Of a stretch of DNA of 55,008 nt, positions 1-8,833 are shown piece after piece. The notes under the pieces are model-generated. The model ran no database searches and had not been told where the DNA came from. It saw only the letters and a list, made by a program, of their open reading frames with translations. How positions within the stretch are numbered: the first letter of the stretch is position 1; each line of letters begins with the position of its first letter. The position numbers were made by a program, and so were the translations under genes. The DNA is from Burkholderiales bacterium (GTDB lineage: Bacteria > Pseudomonadota > Gammaproteobacteria > Burkholderiales > JACQAP01), in contig DASQOP010000280.1 in NCBI GenBank assembly GCA_035644415.1, forward strand, positions 1-55,008, given 5' to 3'.

Positions 1-1047
1 ATGCGCCTCAACCGCAAGGGGATCCTGACTCGCGCGGGCTTGGCCTGGTGGCGGGAATCGGTGACCCAGGTGCTGCGCAAAGCCGACCGCTACGCGGGCG
101 TCTATGTGGTCAGGCTGGGCATCGAGGCCGCCAAGCGCGATCATGAAGAACGCGTGAAGCTGATGGGCGGAAATGCGCAGCCTCTCGATCTGTCCGGAGT
201 GACAGAAGCGCGGCTGGATCTTCCCGTGATCATCGACGCAGAAACGGCCCGGCTGGCACGGGCTATCCAGACGCAGAACAAGACGAAGAGGGCGGGGCGG
301 CCGACCAAATACTTCCCCCTCAGCAAACTGGTCTATTGCTCCGTACCTAATGGAAACGGCCCCTGCGGCGGCGTTTGGTATTTCCGCAACAATGGCGAGG
401 CGCGGCATGGCATCGGCTATTGCTCCAAACACAACTACCAAGGCGGCGGCATCCGCCTGAAGTGTCACGCGAGCGAGATGGTCGCGGCAAAGCTGGAGGC
501 GATCGTGATCGATGCCATGAAGGAACACCTGCGCCAGCCCGAGGTAGCGCACGCCGCCGCCATACAGGCTTATCGGGCAGAGCACGGGGTGGATGCCCAC
601 CAGCGGCGGGCCGACTCCGAAGCCGCCCTGGAGGCTCTCCGGGAGCAGCAGGAGCACTACGGCACGATCATTCTCAATCCGGCCATGAAGAAGCTGCACG
701 GCAAGGCCAACACGCAGTTCGCGGCCCTGGAAATTCAGATCCAGGCCCTGGAGAGGGAACTGCGCCACGCCCCGGTCAGCATGATGTATTCTGAGGCTTC
801 CATCGTGGCGGCGTTCGGCGCAATGCTGGGCGATCTGGAAGAGGTCCAGACCTTCGAGGAAAAGCGGGAGTTCCTGCAATCGACCGTGGAGCGGATCGAG
901 ATGACCGGAGAGGAAGTCGTCATCAGGGGCGCGATCTCAATCCCGCAGGACGCGGTCAGCGGGGGGCAAAATTGGAATGGCTGTGGTCCCAGCGATTCCA
1001 ATTTTACCCCTTCGATTCCGTTTGTTATCAAGAGGCGGGTCGCATGA
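1..1047 (+). CDS. large serine recombinase, C-terminal portion (5' end cut by window edge)
   Basis: ORF open from base 1; RLNRKGILTRAG..W..SV..VL...RYAGVY fits the recombinase-domain motif that follows a resolvase catalytic domain; Cys-rich zinc-ribbon-like segment (CSVPNGNGPCGG..CSKH..C) then a long coiled-coil. Confidence 0.8.
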   Translation: MRLNRKGILTRAGLAWWRESVTQVLRKADRYAGVYVVRLGIEAAKRDHEERVKLMGGNAQPLDLSGVTEARLDLPVIIDAETARLARAIQTQNKTKRAGRPTKYFPLSKLVYCSVPNGNGPCGGVWYFRNNGEARHGIGYCSKHNYQGGGIRLKCHASEMVAAKLEAIVIDAMKEHLRQPEVAHAAAIQAYRAEHGVDAHQRRADSEAALEALREQQEHYGTIILNPAMKKLHGKANTQFAALEIQIQALERELRHAPVSMMYSEASIVAAFGAMLGDLEEVQTFEEKREFLQSTVERIEMTGEEVVIRGAISIPQDAVSGGQNWNGCGPSDSNFTPSIPFVIKRRVA

Positions 1048-1297
1048 CCCGCGAGCCCACACTCACCACTTTCTGCGCGGCCTGCGCAGCCTGCATAGCG
1101 GGACGCCGCCACGCACCAGAAGAGGTCCAGGCGCACCATCCGTTCTCCGGCCACGGCTTTTCGCCAGAGGTTGGCTGGACGGATCCACGCCTTGAGCCGA
1201 AGCCCACCACGTTGCACTCCTGGCCAATGGAATACGACCCCACGCCGTTCGCGCCAGGCGAAACCGCGGTTGTCCCCAGCACTAAGGGGCGGGTTGC

Positions 1298-1531
1298 GTG
1301 ACCGGCCCGGGCCCAACCCCCGCTGGAAACGGCGGGGGTTTTTCGTCTCCGCAGCGCTGGGCGCGGATTCAGTATTCAGGCGGGGCAAACCGCTGGCACG
1401 CAGTAGACGGCTTCCGGGCCATCTGCGGACATTTGGACTTCAACCATCCTCGGGCGGAATACCAAGAGTCCAAGCCGGATCGCGGCAAACTCTGCAAGAG
1501 CTGCGTGGCGAAGCTAGCGGAGGCCTCATGA
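1298..1531 (+). CDS. hypothetical small Cys-containing protein (doubtful)
   Basis: GTG ORF whose stop overlaps the next start (ATGA at 1528); C-terminal half is protein-like (CGH..KLCKSC) but the 5' part runs through the hairpin at 1317-1343. Confidence 0.3.
   Translation: MTGPGPTPAGNGGGFSSPQRWARIQYSGGANRWHAVDGFRAICGHLDFNHPRAEYQESKPDRGKLCKSCVAKLAEAS
1317..1343 (+). terminator. rho-independent terminator downstream of the recombinase gene
   Basis: CCCCCGC-tggaaacg-GCGGGGG followed by TTTTT. Confidence 0.55.
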
Positions 1532-1809
1532 GAGTGGCCTACCGGGACAACCCGGCAATCGCCGGCACGGTGAACCTGATCCGGTCCTGGGAGCGCGGCG
1601 AGATCGCGGAGCCGACGATGAGCACGTCGAGCGGCCCGAAGGCTACCATACGCAACCACATCTTCGCGATCTTCGAGCGCTATCCCCACGTCGGCCGCGT
1701 GCTCATGGTGATCGGCAAATATTCCCAGAGTGTTCCGTTCCTGCTGGTCGTCGACGAGGCTGGCCAATTCTTCGACATGGCGGGCAAAGAGGTAGTGGTC
1801 GATGGATAA
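1528..1809 (+). CDS. hypothetical protein
   Basis: ATG preceded by GGAGG (1519-1523); protein-like C-terminal part of track ORF 1171..1809, whose upstream part is Arg/Pro-rich junk. Confidence 0.6.
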   Translation: MRVAYRDNPAIAGTVNLIRSWERGEIAEPTMSTSSGPKATIRNHIFAIFERYPHVGRVLMVIGKYSQSVPFLLVVDEAGQFFDMAGKEVVVDG

Positions 1810-2005
1810 ACCTAAACGCTTGACGGTCGCGTATCTGGGGTGGCACCGTTCCGAGCAGAACCTGACTATTTGCGCTAATGACGGGCGCGCGATCGTGCGG
1901 ATAACGCGCGACGGCAAAGTAATCGTCAACCCCGATTTCACGATTGACGAAGCAGCCCGTGCCTTCTGGGAAGCGGTCCAAAAGCTGGCAGCAAAGGAGA
2001 AGTGA
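1802..2005 (+). CDS. hypothetical protein
   Basis: ORF overlapping the upstream stop by 8 nt; balanced amino-acid composition. Confidence 0.6.
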   Translation: MDKPKRLTVAYLGWHRSEQNLTICANDGRAIVRITRDGKVIVNPDFTIDEAARAFWEAVQKLAAKEK

Positions 2006-2383
2006 ATGGCAGAGAAGCGGTTGTATGAAGCGATCAAATACACCTTCGGGCCGACGGAGATGCGGGAGCTGGGCGAGAGCCTGGCTCACGAAAATCAAAA
2101 CTGTTTCAACCTTGAGGATCAGAAAGCGAACACGGTAGCGGCGCTGGCGGCGGCAATCAAAAGCGCCAAGTCCCGCGTTGTGGAACTGACCACCAAAATC
2201 AATAACGGCTACGAAATGCGCGAGGTCGAATGTCTCGCCATCCTAGAGACGCCGCGGCCGGGTATGAAACGGATCATCCGCCTCGATACTAACGAGATGG
2301 TCCGCGAAGAGGCCATGACGGTGAATGAAATGCAGTCGGGCTTCGGCTTCATCGCCCCGGGCCCGGAGGCACCAGGCGAATGA
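2006..2383 (+). CDS. hypothetical protein (coiled-coil)
   Basis: ATG one base after the upstream stop, GGAGAAG upstream; protein-like composition. Confidence 0.65.
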   Translation: MAEKRLYEAIKYTFGPTEMRELGESLAHENQNCFNLEDQKANTVAALAAAIKSAKSRVVELTTKINNGYEMREVECLAILETPRPGMKRIIRLDTNEMVREEAMTVNEMQSGFGFIAPGPEAPGE

Positions 2384-2592
2384 ATCCGGCCCTCGGCTAC
2401 GGCGTCTGTCCAGACTGCGGCGCCGTGTCCCACGGCAACCTCACCTGCAGAACCTGCCGCCAGCACATGCGGCAAACCGCCGGCTGTCCGGCGGACTTCC
2501 TGGACCAGCTGGATGCGGCCAATATCGCCACCGTTGCGCCGGTAGGACCAGCAGCGATCCGCGCGTTCCTGAAGCGGTTGGAGGGCGAGTGA
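2380..2592 (+). CDS. small zinc-ribbon protein
   Basis: ATGA overlap with upstream gene; CPDC..17 aa..CRTC motif. Confidence 0.6.
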   Translation: MNPALGYGVCPDCGAVSHGNLTCRTCRQHMRQTAGCPADFLDQLDAANIATVAPVGPAAIRAFLKRLEGE

Positions 2593-2954
2593 TGGCGAAG
2601 CGGCCGTTCCGGCTGACCCCGCCGCCGATTTCCGAGGACGACATAGAGGCTGGGTGTAAGACTGTCCTGGCGCTGCACAGCTATTTAGTGATTCGCCTGC
2701 ATGCCGGGGTTTACAAGACGCTGGATGGGGCGCGGCATGTTCACGGTGTTCCGAAAGGCACGCCCGATTACGCCTGCCTGCATGAGTTCCACCGCAATTT
2801 TCTGTTGGAGGTCAAGCGTCCTGGCGGAAAGCTGAACCCCGACCAGGAGACCCAGATCGCGGCGATCCGGCAGCAATACCGACTGCCGGTGGTGGTTGCG
2901 GAGGGAGTGGAAGAGTTCTGCAATTGGCTGGCGAGGCACGAACACCCGCCCTAA
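2592..2954 (+). CDS. VRR-NUC domain nuclease
   Basis: ATG overlaps the upstream TGA; ..GVPKGTPDYACL..FLLEVKRPGGKLNPDQ.. matches the PD-(D/E)xK core of VRR-NUC proteins. Confidence 0.75.
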   Translation: MAKRPFRLTPPPISEDDIEAGCKTVLALHSYLVIRLHAGVYKTLDGARHVHGVPKGTPDYACLHEFHRNFLLEVKRPGGKLNPDQETQIAAIRQQYRLPVVVAEGVEEFCNWLARHEHPP

Positions 2955-3055
2955 AAAATAAAGGGGCACGTTATCCGCGTGCCCCCACTGCAATCACATT
3001 GGTCCCAGCTGGAGAAGGTCCCCGACATGGAACACGGTTCCAAGGAGCGAACTCG

Positions 3056-3571
3056 ATGGAACGTAACTCTTTTTTGATTGTAGCCAAAGCGGTCCTGGCG
3101 GACAAGAGAATTTCCGCTACAGCCAAGTTACTTCTGGCGGTCCTCGCGGATCACTGGAACAAAAACACGGGGCAGTGTAATCCCCATGAAGCGACTCTGG
3201 CGGAGGAAATCGGCGTTTGCCGCCGCACCGTAATTCGCGCCTTGGCGGAGTTAAAGACGGCTGGGCTGATCCAGGTGCAACGGACCCAGCGGGGCAATCG
3301 GTACGAGTTCCCGAAGTGCCAAAATGTCACTTCCCAAGTGACAAATAGTCACTCTGCAGAGTGCCAAAATGTCACTTCGGAACCTCCGTATCCTTTATAT
3401 GAACCTTACTTAGGTGAACCTAGCGGCTTACGCGCGCAAAAACGGCGCGCTCCCGCCGCGTCTCCTCCTAATCCAAAACCTCTCCACGCCCCGCTGCCGC
3501 GCCGTAAATCGGTGCAGAGCGCAACGCTGGAAGCGTTCTACCGCGAAGAGCGAAGAAAGGCAGGAAGGTGA
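3056..3571 (+). CDS. winged-helix DNA-binding protein, replication-initiator-like
   Basis: AAGGAG 8 nt upstream of ATG; ..ATLAEEIGVCRRTVIRALAELKTAGLIQVQR.. wHTH typical for phage/plasmid initiator-type proteins; gene contains iterons (3315-3378). Confidence 0.65.
   Translation: MERNSFLIVAKAVLADKRISATAKLLLAVLADHWNKNTGQCNPHEATLAEEIGVCRRTVIRALAELKTAGLIQVQRTQRGNRYEFPKCQNVTSQVTNSHSAECQNVTSEPPYPLYEPYLGEPSGLRAQKRRAPAASPPNPKPLHAPLPRRKSVQSATLEAFYREERRKAGR
3315..3378. repeat. iteron cluster inside the wHTH gene (candidate origin)
   Basis: 19-nt direct repeat AGTGCCAAAATGTCACTTC at 3315-3333 and 3360-3378 (45-nt period), flanking the palindrome AGTGAC-aaata-GTCACT (3337-3353). Confidence 0.5.
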
Positions 3572-4429
3572 ATGTCTGCCAGCCTGATAGTGCAGCACAT
3601 AAAGACCTATCAAGATGATGATCGCGTGCGCGACACGGATCTAGCTGAGTGGCTTGGCTATGCTGACCCTCGCAAGATTCGGCAGACGATCAACAGGCAT
3701 CGAACGCAACTAGAAAAAGTCGGAGTTATTCACACGGTGGGAATAACCTCCGGGGATCTTGGGGGCCGCCCAGCCTCAGAGAATTGGCTCACAGTTAAAC
3801 AGTGCCTGCTTCTCTGTACCTATGCGGAGACGGCCAACGCCGATCAGGTTCGCATCGCTCTCGTGGAAGCCTTCGACCAGTACAGGAAAAGTAAGCTGGT
3901 TGCCGTCGAGCCGTCCTTGGAAATGTCAGTTCTCGATACTCAGGCCCGTCAAATTTGGGTGCCGCTCCAGCGCATGGTGCGCCAGGAGATCGAGCCTATG
4001 CAGAATGACGTTCGTGCCTTGCGCGGTGACGTCCAAGAGGTAAAACAGATCGTCCGCACGGAGGCAGACGATATCAAGCGCGAGATCCGGGAAAGCCGTC
4101 AGAAGTACAGATGGAAGCCGATTGACCAAGCCGACAAACTGCTCCATATCGATTGCTTATGGAGACGGCACGCCGGAATCTGCCCGCGCTGCAAGCGCAC
4201 CGTCATCGTAGATCAGGACGGAGTGCCGACCGCCGAGTTTGAGATCGATCACAATTTCGCCCCTTGGAAAAATGCCCTCACAGAAACGTGGCCATTGTGT
4301 TCGCGCTGCAATAAGGAGGTCAACGCCGCCGAAGAACGGCAGAAGTGCCAGGACGATTTCCACTCCTATCAGAAATCATTGCAAGCCCACCGCGAGGATT
4401 TGCACTTTCCCCTATTGAGGCATTTATGA
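3572..4429 (+). CDS. Rha-type phage regulatory domain fused to a C-terminal HNH-like zinc module
   Basis: N-terminus DLAEWLGY..IRQTI..H..LEK..WLTVKQCLLLCTYAETANADQVRIALVEAF resembles Rha/antirepressor proteins; C-terminus CPRCKRTV..EIDHNF..N..CSRCN is HNH-like. Confidence 0.65.
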   Translation: MSASLIVQHIKTYQDDDRVRDTDLAEWLGYADPRKIRQTINRHRTQLEKVGVIHTVGITSGDLGGRPASENWLTVKQCLLLCTYAETANADQVRIALVEAFDQYRKSKLVAVEPSLEMSVLDTQARQIWVPLQRMVRQEIEPMQNDVRALRGDVQEVKQIVRTEADDIKREIRESRQKYRWKPIDQADKLLHIDCLWRRHAGICPRCKRTVIVDQDGVPTAEFEIDHNFAPWKNALTETWPLCSRCNKEVNAAEERQKCQDDFHSYQKSLQAHREDLHFPLLRHL

Positions 4430-4836
4430 AAGCGTTGACTCCTGAAACCGCCGCCGCTGTCGTCGGCAAGCTCGCGTTGATGGCTTTCTTTCCTAGCGAC
4501 CCCGAGGTCCGCGCGGGGCTGGTCGCCATTTTCATAGAGATGGTTGAAACCGACGAGCAGATGGAGTGGCTGGGTAGCCGGGCGATGCGCATGTTTGCAC
4601 GCTGGCCTGGCGTGGCGGAAATCCGCGCGCTCTACTGTTCGCGGTACAAACCGAGGGACGGCCTCGAAAGTTACAGCGAGATTTACCCAGAGGGCTTCCC
4701 AACTGAACGAAAAGAGCCCGAGCCAGGCCGCGCTGCGCGTCGCGGCGAGCCGGTCACAGCGGACCCGGTCCTCGACCGTAAGATTCGGACAGTAGCAGCC
4801 AGCAAGAAGCTGAAGCCCGTCCGAAAGGGGCGATAA
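4426..4836 (+). CDS. hypothetical protein
   Basis: ATGA overlap with the upstream stop; in-frame part of track ORF 4345..4836. Confidence 0.6.
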   Translation: MKALTPETAAAVVGKLALMAFFPSDPEVRAGLVAIFIEMVETDEQMEWLGSRAMRMFARWPGVAEIRALYCSRYKPRDGLESYSEIYPEGFPTERKEPEPGRAARRGEPVTADPVLDRKIRTVAASKKLKPVRKGR

Positions 4837-4838
4837 AA

Positions 4839-5468
4839 GTGGAGCAACTTTGGCCAGCTGACAGCGTGGAGCGGTGGCCGCTGGCGCGGCTGATCCCCTA
4901 CGCGCGGAATGCGAGGACACATACTCCAGACCAGGTCAAGCAGATCGCGGCCTCGATGCGGGAATGGGGCTGGACGATTCCAGTGCTGGCCGACGAGGCC
5001 GGCGGAATTATTGCGGGCCACGCGCGTGTGATGGCGGCCGAGCTGAACCAGTATGCCGAAGCGCCGGTGATGATCGCGCGCGGCTGGTCGGACGCCAAGA
5101 AGCGGGCCTACGTGCTGGCCGATAACAAGCTGGCCATGAACGCGGGATGGAACGAGGAATTACTGGGAGTGGAGCTGCTCGAGTTGCGGGACGCGGGATT
5201 CGACATGCCGGTGATCGGCTTCGACGCCAGCGAATTGGACGGGCTGATGCGGGAGGTGGCCGAGGCCGGGTATCCAGTGCTGCCGGAAGGCGACCGGGCG
5301 CCCTACCAGCAGATCACCTTCCTGCTGCACGACGAGCAGGTGAAAATCGTGCAGGCCGCGGTGACCGCCGCCAAGCAGCGCGGGCCGTTCGTTGGCACTC
5401 ATAACGACAACGTAAACGGCAACGCCCTGGCGCGGATCTGCGCAGCGTACCTGGAGGAGGAGAACTAA
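4839..5468 (+). CDS. ParB-like nuclease domain protein
   Basis: ..LIPYARNARTHTPDQVKQIAASMREWGWTIPVL..IIAGHARVMAA.. is the ParB/Srx N-terminal domain signature. Confidence 0.8.
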   Translation: MEQLWPADSVERWPLARLIPYARNARTHTPDQVKQIAASMREWGWTIPVLADEAGGIIAGHARVMAAELNQYAEAPVMIARGWSDAKKRAYVLADNKLAMNAGWNEELLGVELLELRDAGFDMPVIGFDASELDGLMREVAEAGYPVLPEGDRAPYQQITFLLHDEQVKIVQAAVTAAKQRGPFVGTHNDNVNGNALARICAAYLEEEN

Positions 5469-5469
5469 C

Positions 5470-5727
5470 TTGCAGTCGCCATCAAGCTACGACCCGGATC
5501 TGCGCAGCGCGCGGCGGTCGGCACTTACTTCGGGCGTGCTCAACCTCGCCGTTGTGGGCTTCCATGTCTACCGGCACAGCTGGGCTGTCGTGGCGGCCTC
5601 GGCAGTTTGGACACTGTCGTCGTGGATTTGGCTGGTCACTATTCGCGCGCAACAGACTACGCGCGATTATAGCCGCGTGGTCGAGGCCGCAACTCGGCGG
5701 GAAATCGAAAGAAGGGAGTTTCGATGA
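5470..5727 (+). CDS. small membrane protein (two hydrophobic helices)
   Basis: TTG start after GGAGGAGGAG; hydrophobic stretches LNLAVVGFHVY and AVVAASAVWTLSSWIWLVTI. Confidence 0.5.
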   Translation: MQSPSSYDPDLRSARRSALTSGVLNLAVVGFHVYRHSWAVVAASAVWTLSSWIWLVTIRAQQTTRDYSRVVEAATRREIERREFR

Positions 5728-6092
5728 CGGATCGCTTGATCTGGGCGGAACTGTTCCCCGGCCAGCCGTGGCCGGGTGAAGAGGCAGTGCTGCGGGCGCT
5801 GGCCGCGGAAGTGCGGACACTAAGGAGCACGATTGTCAACGAGCCGCAGCTGCGGCGCACTCTCGACGAGATCCAGCGGGCGCACGATCTGGTGGGCCAA
5901 TACTGCTACGAGACCCAGGACGAGGCGACCTTCCAGTTCGTCTCGGCTCTCTGCTGGGTTCTGGGCCACGATCACAACCCCGCCTTTGCGGACACCCTTG
6001 CAACGATTGAGACGCTGCTGGAGGGGCTCGGAGTCCAGGTAGTGCGCCTGCCGCATCTGGTATATCCGACGCGGGGAGAGAGCGTAAAATAG
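5724..6092 (+). CDS. hypothetical protein
   Basis: ATGA overlap with the upstream gene; protein-like composition. Confidence 0.65.
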   Translation: MTDRLIWAELFPGQPWPGEEAVLRALAAEVRTLRSTIVNEPQLRRTLDEIQRAHDLVGQYCYETQDEATFQFVSALCWVLGHDHNPAFADTLATIETLLEGLGVQVVRLPHLVYPTRGESVK

Positions 6093-6097
6093 CGGCC

Positions 6098-6829
6098 ATG
6101 CAATCACAGAATGAGTACCCTGCGTCCGCCTCCCGGAGCTTTGCCACTGCGGCGATCGTTCAAGCATTCGCTAAGACCGCGCGGCCTTTCATGCGCCGGT
6201 TTATGAGTGCCAACTCGTGTATCGCGGCGGCGCGGACCACCATCGAGACCATGCGGCTCTACCGCCTGCGCGCGGTCGAGAAGCCGGTCTGTTACGTCTT
6301 TCAGGTGCCCGCGCGGAATTATGCGCGGCTGGCTGGATTCTCCGCAGAGGAGCGCGCGGAGATGAAAGCGAAAGCGGGAAATTGGGTAGATGCAACGCCG
6401 GACGGAGGCAGCTGGAACGGTCACCTGATCGTGGTGGTGGAGGACCGCTGGATTCTCGATCCATCAATCGATCAGGCCGACGCTCCCCAGTTCGGCGTCT
6501 CGGTTCCTGCGGAGGTGTTCGTCGCGGATACGCTTGGACAAACTTGGCATCCGAATATGAACTTCGAGATCGAACTCGGCTTGATCCTCGACAACGGCGA
6601 TGCGGCATCGCTGCTGTATCACAGCATCAGCGACCGCGGGTATCTCGAAACGGAAGCCTGGACCGATGAAGGGCTCCCGCTGCTGGCGCACGCCATCGCC
6701 AGCGAGATGAAAAACGCAGCGGCGGTGAGCATCGCCTGTCCCAAATGCGGCAGGGTCAGCCATAACGCGAACGACGTGCGCGAGCGCTACTGTGGCAACT
6801 GCCACTCCTTCCACGACGATGCGCGCTGA
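6098..6829 (+). CDS. hypothetical protein with C-terminal zinc ribbon
   Basis: 243-aa ORF; CPKCGRV..13 aa..CGNC at the C-terminus; starts with the shared ATGCAATCACA motif. Confidence 0.65.
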   Translation: MQSQNEYPASASRSFATAAIVQAFAKTARPFMRRFMSANSCIAAARTTIETMRLYRLRAVEKPVCYVFQVPARNYARLAGFSAEERAEMKAKAGNWVDATPDGGSWNGHLIVVVEDRWILDPSIDQADAPQFGVSVPAEVFVADTLGQTWHPNMNFEIELGLILDNGDAASLLYHSISDRGYLETEAWTDEGLPLLAHAIASEMKNAAAVSIACPKCGRVSHNANDVRERYCGNCHSFHDDAR

Positions 6830-7010
6830 AATTCTCGACAGAGCCGTGGCCTTTGAAGTCCAGCCGGAAGCTCGTCCGGACGGCAGCTGGGAGCCGCCGG
6901 CTGAAGTGACCCTGACGCTGCGGCCCTGCTGGCGAAAGCCGCCGGTTCGCTTGCGGGTAGCCTACCTGTACACCTACGAGCAAGTCGCTTATTACGCGGA
7001 GGAGCTATGA
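6819..7010 (+). CDS. hypothetical protein
   Basis: ATG overlapping the end of the upstream gene; in frame with track ORF 6792..7010. Confidence 0.5.
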   Translation: MRAEILDRAVAFEVQPEARPDGSWEPPAEVTLTLRPCWRKPPVRLRVAYLYTYEQVAYYAEEL

Positions 7011-7186
7011 TTCGCTGTGCCATTTGCCAAGACGATGGTTGGATCGCCTACCCGACGTTTGCCGATGCCGAAAAGCAAGTCATCCGCATTCGCAAAGTGG
7101 CCTGTCCGCGAGGATGCCCGCTGGCGAACCCGACCGAAGAGGGCGTGCTGGCTACGTTCCCGTCAGACCAGGAAGGCGAGGCATGA
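7007..7186 (+). CDS. small Cys-rich protein (59 aa, below the ORF-track cutoff)
   Basis: My translation: MIRCAICQDDGWIAYPTFADAEKQVIRIRKVACPRGCPLANPTEEGVLATFPSDQEGEA; ATGA overlaps at both ends (7007, 7183). Confidence 0.45.
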   Translation: MIRCAICQDDGWIAYPTFADAEKQVIRIRKVACPRGCPLANPTEEGVLATFPSDQEGEA

Positions 7187-7512
7187 GCACCAAAGAGTTT
7201 TGCAAACAATCCCGGCTGACCCCGCGCAAGGTGCAATGGTGGTGCGAGACGGGCGTCCTGCGATGCAGCCAGCGGGAGCGCGGTTTCCGCGACTTCGACG
7301 AGGCCGAGTTGCGGGTGGCGGCGCTGGTCGCGCAGCTGCGGCGCAAAGGGGTCGCGCTGACCAGGATCCGCCAGATGCGGATCCGAAACCCGCAGGGCGA
7401 TTTCCTGGTGGCGAACGGCGCGGCCTATTGGTGGTGCACGAGAGAGGAACTCCTGCCGGAACTCGCCAAAACCCGCGGGGCCTGTGTGGTGGTTTCCCTG
7501 AAAGGCCTATGA
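7183..7512 (+). CDS. MerR-type HTH DNA-binding protein
   Basis: MSTKEFCKQSRLTPRKVQWWCETGVL..RGFRDFDEAELRVAALVAQLRRKGVALTRI fits the MerR N-terminal HTH pattern. Confidence 0.65.
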   Translation: MSTKEFCKQSRLTPRKVQWWCETGVLRCSQRERGFRDFDEAELRVAALVAQLRRKGVALTRIRQMRIRNPQGDFLVANGAAYWWCTREELLPELAKTRGACVVVSLKGL

Positions 7513-7539
7513 ACGGTACGCTCAAGCAGAGGAGCTTCC

Positions 7540-7755
7540 ATGAGTCCCCGGCCTGCCGATCCTCCCCTCGACCGCGAATGGACGCAGGAAGAACTGCGGT
7601 CCTATCTCGAACCGCACGGCTTCACGTTCCGCGAGGGCGAGGTGATTCCACAGGGGTGCAAGTACATCTCGTTTCAGCCGGTGACTGAGAAGGAGATTCG
7701 GTGGGTTGAAGACCTTGCTCGGCGATTCGATTGGGCGAAGCGATTCGGTTGGTAG
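7540..7755 (+). CDS. hypothetical protein
   Basis: ATG with GGAG upstream; protein-like 71-aa ORF. Confidence 0.6.
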   Translation: MSPRPADPPLDREWTQEELRSYLEPHGFTFREGEVIPQGCKYISFQPVTEKEIRWVEDLARRFDWAKRFGW

Positions 7756-7868
7756 AGTAATAAGTGACCGACTAGGAAACGCCGGTGAAGCTCCGGCGGG
7801 TCCCTATAGGGGACTCTGGTGTAGAGAGGAACGGGATGCGCGCTAACCCCCGTGAACACACCTAGTGG

Positions 7869-7896
7869 CGCAACATGCGCGTTGCGTGCATTTTTT
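7869..7896 (+). terminator. hairpin plus T6: weak terminator/attenuator just upstream of the Mom-like gene
   Basis: CGCAAC-atgcgc-GTTGCG, then tgca, then TTTTTT. Confidence 0.4.
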
Positions 7897-7903
7897 CGGA
7901 GAA

Positions 7904-8695
7904 ATGATCCGGGAAATGACGACCGCCAAAGACATCCGCGTGGCCGCGATCAGCAGCCAGGCCGGCAACGCGCTGATCCGCAAACTGCACTACTCGCACA
8001 AGGTGGTGGTGAACTCCCAGCTGCACCTGGGCGTGTTCCTGGGCACGCGCCTGGAAGGGGCCATGCAGTTCGGCCCTTCGCTCGACCGGCGCAAATTGCT
8101 GGGGCTGGTGGAGGGCACCAGATGGAACGGCTTTCTGGAATTGAACCGGCTGGCCTTCAGCGAAAACCTGCCGCGCAATTCCGAGAGCCGCGCGCTGGGC
8201 GTGGCCATGCGGTTGATCCGCCGCCAGTATCCGTGGATCGAATGGATCGTCTCTTTCGCGGACGCCACGCAGTGCGGCGACGGCACCATCTACCGCGCGG
8301 CCGGCTTCGTGCTGACGCGCATCAAGCGCAACACGACGCTGTGGGCCGGGCCGGATGGAACGGTAATCAGTAACGTCGGGGAGCGGACCAGCATGAAGAA
8401 GATTCAGGCCACCGCGGCGCGCACCAGCTATCACGGTGGCGCCGACATGGACCATTACAAGGCGATGGGGTTCCAGCCGCTCGCCGGATACCAGTTGCGA
8501 TATATTTACTTCACGAATCGCGCGGCCCGTGCGCGGCTGACAGTTCCGATTCTCCCTTACACTGAAATTCACCGTGCGGGGGCCGCGATGGTTCGCGGCC
8601 AGCGCGTCGGTAGTATTCCGGCTGAAACAACGGTGTTCCACACCGAAGAGGGCGGTTCGACCCCGACCCCGACGCTCCAGCAACCCACCTCGTGA
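7904..8695 (+). CDS. Mom-like (GNAT-fold) DNA adenine modification enzyme with a C-terminal extension
   Basis: ..LIRKLHYSHK..HLGVF..LEGAMQFG..LELNRLAF..PRNSESRALG..WIVSFADATQCGDGTIYRAAGF.. follows the motif order I recall for Mom-family proteins; the start (7904 vs 7865/7916) is uncertain. Confidence 0.55.
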   Translation: MIREMTTAKDIRVAAISSQAGNALIRKLHYSHKVVVNSQLHLGVFLGTRLEGAMQFGPSLDRRKLLGLVEGTRWNGFLELNRLAFSENLPRNSESRALGVAMRLIRRQYPWIEWIVSFADATQCGDGTIYRAAGFVLTRIKRNTTLWAGPDGTVISNVGERTSMKKIQATAARTSYHGGADMDHYKAMGFQPLAGYQLRYIYFTNRAARARLTVPILPYTEIHRAGAAMVRGQRVGSIPAETTVFHTEEGGSTPTPTLQQPTS

Positions 8696-8833
8696 GAGAT
8701 TGGTAATCGCCCTATGACCCTCAACATTGGCTTTTCCACGCCCCTGGTAGTCCTTCACAAGCCGTGGTCTGATGAATCCTGGGGCGCAGTCTTCACGTTT
8801 CAGATAGGCAATTTCGTTTTCAAAGGAGAGCAC

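Noticed and set aside
1048-1300. An attP/attB core in the non-coding stretch after the recombinase gene (contains TGGCCAATGGAA)
   Set aside because: No clear imperfect inverted repeat around a central dinucleotide could be identified by eye. A single CCAATGG heptamer is expected by chance at this sequence length.
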